Shown: positions 13,001 through 21,662 of the stretch, one piece after another
How the letters are laid out: each line of letters begins with the position of its first letter
Position numbering within the stretch: the stretch's first letter is position 1
NCBI GenBank assembly: GCA_023231475.1
Contig: JALJEE010002497.1
Location: 1 to 42,976 of the forward strand
DNA length: 42,976 bases
Direction of reading: 5' to 3'
Origin: Seison nebaliae
Lineage: Eukaryota
Position numbers and translations under genes: made by a program
Notes under the pieces: generated by a model
The model's input: only the letters and a program-made list of their open reading frames with translations
Told to the model about the DNA's origin: nothing
Database searches by the model: none

Positions 13001-13826
13001 TCACTATCAATTCTCCACCATCCGATTGATCGATTATTGTCCTGTTACCTGAATGCGGAACATTCTGTTGATTTTGTTCATTTCCATCACGAATTTTATT
13101 CTTCGCAAAATGCTCTACCGATTGATCTCGTTGTTGAACCGATTGTTGTTGTTGCTGTTGTTGTTGAAATGACTGTTGTTGTTGTTGGAATTGAGATTGT
13201 TGTATTTGTGGCAGTTGGAATTGATTTTCCGAATGTTGTTGTTGTTGTTGGAATTGTGATTCTTGTGGTTGTTGATAATAATTATTTTGTTCATTTGATT
13301 GTTGTTGTTGGTATTGATTGGATGATTGATAATTTAAATTTTGAGATGTTGATATTTGATAGTTGTTCTGAGAAGGATGTTGTTGTTGATAGTTGTTAAC
13401 TGGCTGAGTATAAGTTTGTTCAGTATATTGTAACTTAGATTTCATCGGCTGTTGTGATGATGAATATGAATTGAATTGTGCATTTGGTTGATAATATGGA
13501 ATAACATTTGCAGAATTTGGTGATATTTGTTCATTCTGCTGATTATTATTATTAAACTGCTGTTGTTGTTGTTGTCCTATTAGATTGTGAGTGGATTTGG
13601 ATGCTTGATTCATTTTAATGGGATTATTTTGTCGTTGATAATTGTGATGATTGTCATATATATTATTATTGTTGTAATTATTGTTGTTATTTGATGGAAT
13701 TGTTTGTACGGAAGGCACGTTGGGTGAATATTCATTACCAAAATATTGTTCCGATTGTCCATTGTATGTTGATGGTGCTACAACTAATTGTGCTTGAGAT
13801 GTTGGATAATTATTAATCTGTTGCAT
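10047..13826 (-). CDS. Q/N-rich protein with PARP14/PARP10/NMI-type RRM-like repeats; no catalytic domain seen (5 exons)
   Basis: ~295-aa Q/N/Y-rich N-terminus, then repeats VLISNIP..FFSDRNKTGGGPI, IILLNIPPKTSKEVIELYVE and LFVENIPSDISGDVLELYFSNHKRSG, resembling the ELYF.N.R.SGGG RRMs of PARP14-type proteins. C-terminal P/Q repeats. Four GT-AG introns join the ORF-track fragments. Confidence 0.65.
10068..10265 (-). repeat. Coding tandem repeat (poly-Q with GPPPP/AAPPP units)
   Basis: (ttg)n/(tgg)n tracts on + strand encoding QQQYQQGPPPPQQQ and QQQFQQAAPPPQQQ units. Confidence 0.9.
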
Positions 13827-14296
13827 CGTCTTCTATTAATTGTTTCTAATAAGTTAAATGAATGAATGAAAAAATATTTCTCATTCGATAAATTCTAAAA
13901 TGATAAAATTTACTATTGTTCATCAATAATACAATAATTCAATAATGCAATTATTAAGATAAGTATATTAATAGTTTCTTGTCCTTTCTCCTTTATTTCA
14001 TTCAAATCATGAAATTTTTATAAAAACATCATTGTACGTAGATCATTGTAAAAAAATTTTTTGGAATGATTTCACATATTCATTTTGTATGAATTGAAAG
14101 AACATGAATAGTGTTCGATCATGAAATAGATTCAAACACTTTATTTCTTCAAGTTAATTGAGATTCAAAAAGTCCGTTAAATTTTATTCTTTTGTTTCTC
14201 AAAACGTTTGATGACATCATTCATCACGATTCTCTCATAATTTATTTTTTTCAATTAATTTTTTTTTAATGAACTCAACTTTAAATTTATTCCCTT

Positions 14297-14345
14297 ACAT
14301 AGCTCCAAACATCATCTATCTCCTAATTGATGTTTGGAGCTATGT
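14297..14345. repeat. Perfect 18-bp inverted repeat with 13-nt loop
   Basis: ACATAGCTCCAAACATCA (14297-14314) is the exact reverse complement of TGATGTTTGGAGCTATGT (14328-14345). Confidence 0.9.
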
Positions 14346-14719
14346 TTTACATTTAGATAAATGTCAGGAAATTAGTGCGACATCTCTCACAACATTATAC
14401 TTCGTCTTCCTATTCATCTCATCAATTTCTTCCTCTCTTCCGAAACATTTAGAGAAAAAATAACTCTCGATCGCTAGATTCATTTTTCAGATCGATATCT
14501 GTTAAATTTAGAGAAATGAATACTTATTTGAGAACATCAACGAATATGAACAACATTCGTAAACAGATAATATCAGTTTAATCATTAACTCGTCACGGCT
14601 CGTTTCGTGAAGGTGAAAGAATGACACGCTACAAACTTTCTATCCGACCATTTCCTCAATTGATAATTGATTAAGTTTATTCGAAATAATATGTAATGAC
14701 ATCAACTTCTAATGTATCT

Positions 14720-15908
14720 TCAAAACCTCTTCAAATGTTCATCGATCGTATCGGATGACATGCAATATATTGGATTCACTTTCTTTATCATATTTCCATA
14801 ATATCCCATCAAAGACAATCCCGCTACTCCAAATAATGTATGAAATGGATCACACATATGATTCGGTCGATCACCAATACCACCTTCCTCTTCATTTTGT
14901 GCTGCTAAAATAAATGTTTTCACACCATCTCGATTAATCCAATGAAGTCGTTCAATTATTGCCAGCGATGCCAAAACCCACCACGAATAACAGACATCTG
15001 GCATCTTCTCTGGACGTCCATTTAAACCGCCTGATGGCAATTGTCGTTCGATGAGCCAATGACCTAATTTATCACGGTCTATCACATCATCAATTCGATT
15101 TAAAATTCCCAATATCCCACAACAACAATAGATTTGACCTGAATGAGTTTCAGCCCCAGGACATGTTCCGAAACCTCCATCGATATTTCGACATTTTCTT
15201 ATGAAATTCACAATATTCTCAATATTCAATCGATCTAAACGATTCTTTCCAATGAACAGTTTTGTTATAGAAATTATTTTAAAATAAAAAAATCAGACAA
15301 TCAATTTCATGATGGCAACAGCACAAAAAGAGAATCTTGTATCAATCTCGTTCCATTTGTCACCGGAGAAACTTCCATCTTCATTCTCTCTCGCCTTCAC
15401 ATAATTCCCAATTGCGTCAATATCTAAATCATCCAATTTTCCATAAGTGACCGCAATCTAATTTTAAAAATAATAAATCTTTCTAATTCTAAAAGATATT
15501 CTGACTTGGACTGCTGATAACGTTGTGAGTAGATGAGAATCATTATTTGGTGCTGCTCCATATCCTCCATCTTCATTTCGACATTCATTCACAAGTTTAA
15601 TAATTTCATCACTCTCTAATGGAATTCTTAATAAGTCATCTCCTTCGATTTTCTTTCTCTCAATATTCTTATCGCAGTTCAACAATTCCGCACAAGTCAA
15701 AGTCCAATAAAATCCATTTAGTCTCAAATATTCCGTAATTCGACAATCCTTTCAAAATCAAAAAAATTAAATTTATAAGAGATATAATTCTATTAACAAA
15801 TATACTATGTTCACTACCGAAACCTAAAAGGAAATTCAGATGTTTCTCTCTAACAAATTCACCGGACACATTTTCAGGCAGCTTTATGTCCTTTTTTCTG
15901 AATGTCAT
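14720..15908 (-). CDS. RABGGTB: Rab geranylgeranyltransferase (type II) beta subunit (4 exons)
   Basis: [105 protein letters not shown]. Confidence 0.95.
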
Positions 15909-16586
15909 TCTAAAAGAATTGAAATTATTTCTCTTTAATAACTTTATAAGCAGCTTTGATTTCAATGACAACGCATGTCAAAGTTGAACAAATATCTTCC
16001 ATTTTTTCAACTAGTAGAATGACTAATAATATCATTTTGATTTCACATAAATTCTAATGATCTTCCACATCATATGGTTTAACGTGTTACTCCGAAAAAT
16101 TGTAATGTTAACTGAACTATAATAGTATAATATTTGGTAGAGCAATTTGTTTACATTATTTTAAGAATGGTATTTATGGGTGATAATAGTAGACTTGAAA
16201 ATAGAAAAACTAAATTGAAGGATTATAATAATATTATTATAACATAATCCTCATGGACGAATACTACAACATTTTGGGGTGTTTTATCAAAAGAAATTCG
16301 ACTTAATATCACAATATTAATTTTATTATAATATTCTGGAATATACCTCAATGGTATTTATTTCTTCTTACAGTTAGAAACAAATCGAAGCAAACGATTC
16401 TAGGAAAAAATCTCCGAGTGGAAAATATCCCCGAAAAATTTAGAAACATGTTTCACCTACATTGATTAGATGGATATATAGTAGGTAGGAAGATAATTTT
16501 GACAAAGTTAGATAGAATTTTTTCTGAAGTTTCAGAAAATATGTTAGCATAGAAAATTAGATATAGATTAGTGTTAATAAGCAAAG

Positions 16587-16776
16587 ATTAGCAAAATTCA
16601 TCAATTTTTACTCGAAAAACTAGCGGTTGAAATATGAGTTTTTCCATGTTTTTTTTTGAAAATTATAGCAAAAATGTATCTACAACCCTAAACGACCTTC
16701 TTAGTCCCTAAAACCATGGAAAACCCCATATTTTAACCGCTAGTTTTTCGAGTAAAAATTGATGAATTTTGCTAAT
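16587..16776. mobile_element. MITE-like foldback element (~66-bp terminal inverted repeats, ~57-bp spacer)
   Basis: ATTAGCAAAATTCATCAATTTTTACTCGAAAAACTAGCGGTT... (from 16587) pairs with ...AACCGCTAGTTTTTCGAGTAAAAATTGATGAATTTTGCTAAT (to 16776). The outer ~42 bp are perfect; the inner part has a few mismatches. Confidence 0.7.
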
Positions 16777-19047
16777 GCTAGAAAGTATCCAATGATTTCA
16801 AAATCTAATAAAGAATTTTGCATAATTCTTGTTCCCATACCAATAAGTACCTTTATGATTCGGAATCAAAAGATCATTGATTTGATTTAGATGAATTTGT
16901 TTGGTTTTTAAACAACTTTTTTTTCTTAAAATGTTGTTCACTGAAATATTAAAAGTTTGTCGGGAAATGTTAAGCATGTTCACGGCAGATGATAATAAAT
17001 CCTAAATTATGAAAAAGGTTGAGTAAAATATTAGTTTGAAACTGAGTGGTTCTTTTATTTATATTCGAAGATCAGATTATCTTCTTAATATTCACAATTC
17101 ACTACTAAATATATGAAAACCTTAAATATTTTTCGTTCTTCAATTAATTCATAGCGTAAAAGTAATAGTGGTTTCTTGCTTCAAATTTTTTGGTTCCATT
17201 ATGTCTGAATCTTTAATTTTCCAAATAAAATAACTCTATAACTTATATTAAGATCACAATTTGAGTTCATGATGAGATATACCTGATGGGTAATCGCCAA
17301 ATGATCAGAAAGAGAGAAGATGTTATAAAAAGCTTAATAGTATATTTTAAATCGATCGTATAAATAGATAACTAGATTGGAGGAGTTGTAATTGAATCTG
17401 CAGGTAGTTTTCAATATTTTTATCTGATAGTTAAACGATCAGATATTTGACAGCTGAATGGAGGTTAAAGTTTCGATGTGAGATATTCATTAACTGATTA
17501 TGCAACCATTTCTACAATCAGCACCGCAACCAAACAAGATTAAGTTTAAAGCAGATGTTGAATCAATGAAATTGAAATCAATAGCTGTCAAAAAAGTGTG
17601 AAATAACGATTCACTATCCGTCTCTTAATCCGAAGACAATGAGAACAAATGAAAAACCATCAGAATTACTTGGAGAAATAATAAACGATTAAAGACTTGT
17701 TTATTTGACAACTATTATCTCGTTCTAATTCTCAATTTATTCTCAATTTTCATTTTGTGAACTGGAATCGTTTCAAAAGAACAAAATTAACTATGGAATA
17801 ATTAGAAATTTGCATATTCGACAATTGAATAATTTTCTTCTTTTCTTCTATCTTTTAATGACCATATCTCCTGATATGGGACGAATAAATTTATGTTCGA
17901 AAAAAATAAAGATGGTTAATACACTTTTGATCATTCAATTTCATGTCGGCATCCGCTTAAAATTATCGTCTGCCGGTTCATGCTGCAGTTATCTTCTTTT
18001 TCCGTTACCAATCAAAATCGACTAAAAAATTCTTCTAGAAACTAATTTTTCTTCTGTCAGTTTATGGAAGAAATGATTCATTAATTTTTGGAATCATCAT
18101 TAATGGTTCAATGATAAGTTCAATTTGTTTAATTATTTTTGAACGAAATTTGTCAATGATTCTGCTCAGGAACTTATCGATAACTCATAGCAACAATAAA
18201 TATGGAGAAAAGTTAAACAACTTAAATCCAACTTCGTTAATGGTTTGAAGGAAACATATGGGATGTATGAGAGATGTATGAGATGAAAAAAGAACGAAAA
18301 GGAAATAGTTTATGTTTTTTCCTATGATTGTTTCCTAAATTTTCCCTTTCTGTTATTTCCACTTGTCAAGAGTGAAAGAAGAGTAGATTGTGCAGGTCGA
18401 ATATTTTCCTCCACTCTATCACTTTCAGTTACTTTCATTTACTGAAGAAATTGAAAGTCGGTGATCCATCATTCTCTAGTTATTTGCATCGGTATGATGA
18501 TCAATCTTATTTTCTCGTCACCATCTCCGTCATCGTCCCTATTCATTGCCAGTAGTTAGTTGAATCGGGAGACATACCTCTATCTCTGCAACATATAGCA
18601 CTGGAGTAGTATATCTTGTGTTTAGTGTTGTCGACGGTCTGTCAACTCTCCTGTGTATGATTGTATCGTTGAAGAACATTTGCCTTTGGGTAGAAACTGA
18701 AAATACCTGAATAGGAGAAGGAACTTTCCATTTGAAAATTGTAAAAAGAATGGATTTTTTTAAAGATTCTTTTTCGTTCGAATGTTTATTTTTTACTGAT
18801 GTTTCTTCACTGTGAGACTAGAGAATGTTGCAATTTATAAACATTGTTGAATGGTAATTTATAAACGATAATAGTTCCTGTAAAACGGTCCCATGTTTAT
18901 CTTCCAACAATTTCTTCTTATAAATTTCACAAAATTTCTTTGAGTTAATTATAAAGAAATGTTCATTGGACAATTAGATTAGTCGTGATCTCATCCATTT
19001 TATAGCAGATTTGTTTCTCTTAAAATTTTTTATGAAAATATTCGGGA

Positions 19048-20449
19048 ATGTTCACTAGTTTACCTAAACAACAAATTGATCAATTCCCACCATCCAATGA
19101 ATGGAATGAAAATGAATTTACGGTTGGCAACACCAACGATACGAATAGTAATGGAAAGAGTAATAATTCTAATAATGAATTTAATAATCCGAATTTTATT
19201 AATTCGTTGACACCGACAAACGACTCAATGTCAACAATTTATCAACAGACTGATCCGAATAATTTGGTGCAAATGTCAGATCCGAATACGACCAATAACT
19301 ATTCGAATTATTATAACAATTTATCATTTCTTTCCGTGTTCCCACAGCCAAACAATTTCGAATACTCTCAAACATTTCCGTCGATTTCTGACGAAAAAAA
19401 TAAAGAATCACTGCCGTTAAATTCTGAAAATAATATGGCAAATCATATGACTCCTATGAATAGTAAAATCGAAAAACAAAAAAGCGATATTGCTAAAGAA
19501 CAAGAACAGCAACAAAATTATCAATGGAATTTGTTGATGAATAATTTATTTTTTACTCATTCTTCTCAACATCATAATTCGTCATTTCCTTATTCTACTG
19601 GTATCGGTTTGAATGAAGAATATGAGAATTTAAATAATATTCCTGATACTCCATCAACTAATACTAACACTATTCTCCATTCATCAAATAATACTTCAAA
19701 TACCTTATTTAACGACTCAAAGAGTTCTAGCAAAGATTCTGCTATTGTCACTGATGAATCGTCAACGATGGAAAAAATTAAGAAGAAGAAAGATCGAAAG
19801 AAGTCGAAGAAAGAAGATAATGATGCATCATCATCATCTTCATCTTCATCTTTAGGAACATCGAATACTCCAATGTACAAGTGGATGCAGATTAAACGAT
19901 CAACAGCAAAACCTTTATATTGTTAATTTTTTGTCGAATTTTCCATTTTTTAATTTTCAATTTTCCTTAGCCGATAGTCGATTGATCGATAGTACTAAAC
20001 ATACACTTAGTCAGTGGTCGAACGAAGAATATGAAAACGATGACAAACCAGAGAATGATAATAATCAGAATAATAATATTTTTTATGAGATTAATGATAA
20101 TTATCTTCCGATAATCACTTATCAATCTTCATCAATTTCATCAAACACAAAAGATGATCAAATGAATGATAACGATTCCGAATCAATGAAGAAACTACAA
20201 TCCTCTTCCCAACAGAATTCCAGTCGAACAAATTTCTCAAACAAACAACTCACAGAATTAGAAAAAGAATTTCACTATAATAAATATTTGACTCGGGCGA
20301 GAAGAATAGAAATCGCGGCATGTCTAGGCTTAAACGAGACGCAAGTGAAAATTTGGTTTCAGAATCGAAGAATGAAAGCGAAAAAACGATTGAAAGAACA
20401 TCATCGACATCAATTTCAACAACAGAAATTAATAAATAATAATGTTTGA
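19048..20449 (+). CDS. lab: Hox paralogue group 1 (labial) homeobox protein (2 exons; intron 19922-19970)
   Basis: Hexapeptide [10 protein letters not shown] and homeodomain [55 protein letters not shown], with the PG1-diagnostic residues [21 protein letters not shown] and NETQVKIW. Confidence 0.93.
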
Positions 20450-20783
20450 AAAATTGTTTTTTCATAAAAACGCCTAGATTTTTTCCAATCTTTCTTTATT
20501 CTTGTCCTTTACTACTAGCTTTTTACTATATTTTACTTTATGATTGAAAATGAATTTTTGATTGTTTTTTTTGGCATAAAAAAAAATAAATAAATTTTAG
20601 TACGTTCTTCTTAAGTTTCGTTAACTGATGTGAAATTAATTTTTCCCTTTGTTCTTCAAACGAAGGATGGAAAGAAGAAAGTATTTTGTTTGTTAAAAAT
20701 TTTGAATTTTCTTTACGAACTTCTTTCATTCAAATTGACTATCAGTTCCGAAGTGAGGTCATGTTCCCACTAATAAATCGATT

Positions 20784-21554
20784 ATGGTGAAAGATAAGGA
20801 AATAAATGAAGAATTAAAAAGAAGAATTCTTAAGAAATATTCGAAGAAAAATCGACATCACGTTCATGAGTTTGACAAATGGCAGAAGAGATTAGAAAAG
20901 AAGAATCTGAAGAAATTAGAATTGAAAGAAAAGAAAGAAAAAATTTCGAAAGATTTCCGTCAAGCCACAAGCAACATTATGATAATTCATCGGATGAATA
21001 CTACTACCAATCCGTTGCGAAGTGACAGAGCATTTTCGGAAGATATGAAATATAAATATTTGACGAAATTTTCGAATGAATACAATCCAGAAAATGATTA
21101 TTTTGGCGAGTATGTTCAAAGATTACCAAAAATTTTAACGTTGCCAACAATTTCCGAAGTTTTCAATCGATTGAAACAAGACAAGGTGAATGAAAATAAA
21201 GGAAATCGTTCTATCGTTCGACTACCAAAAATATTTTTCGATTACCCCAATCAATGTTCTTCAAGTTTTACGAAAATTTATAAGAATATAAATAAAGAAA
21301 AACGAGAAAAAGAAGAAAGATTATTAGAAATTCAATCAACATCTCATATCCATATGAAAAGAAGACAACCAATTAAACCGAAAGTTATTTATCCAAAAAA
21401 ACCATTGAGGACAAATGATATACATTTTGCTGGTTATCTACGAAATACAGTGGTGCACAATCCACAAGTTCGACCTTTGACTATTCGGGAAATGTTAAGA
21501 AAGAAGAATAACGATAAAGTGAAACTATCAAATATCGCTGAAAAGTTCTTATAG
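20784..21554 (+). CDS. Intronless basic (K/R-rich) hypothetical protein, 256 aa
   Basis: 771-nt uninterrupted ORF with ATG start; two xRLPKI motifs; no family recognised. Confidence 0.7.
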   Translation: MVKDKEINEELKRRILKKYSKKNRHHVHEFDKWQKRLEKKNLKKLELKEKKEKISKDFRQATSNIMIIHRMNTTTNPLRSDRAFSEDMKYKYLTKFSNEYNPENDYFGEYVQRLPKILTLPTISEVFNRLKQDKVNENKGNRSIVRLPKIFFDYPNQCSSSFTKIYKNINKEKREKEERLLEIQSTSHIHMKRRQPIKPKVIYPKKPLRTNDIHFAGYLRNTVVHNPQVRPLTIREMLRKKNNDKVKLSNIAEKFL

Positions 21555-21662
21555 GAATTGTTATAAGAATTTCTTATAAAACTACAAATTTTAATTATAA
21601 AATTTATTTATGAATTTTGTTAAGATAAATGATGAAATTTGGAGAATTGAATCAATATGATT

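Noticed and set aside
13037..13399. 120-aa Val-rich plus-strand ORF
   Set aside because: Antisense shadow of the CAA-rich Q/N exon.
16160..17640. Stop-riddled ORF-like stretches, including the 61-aa ORF at 16798-16983 and IGGVVIESAGSFQY resembling a LINE RT motif
   Set aside because: Too degenerate to assign; possibly old transposon debris, but no convincing motif series.
16000..19040. Search for Hox-associated miRNAs (miR-10 family) or a second homeobox near labial
   Set aside because: No miR-10-like sequence or second WFQNRR-encoding segment found by eye.
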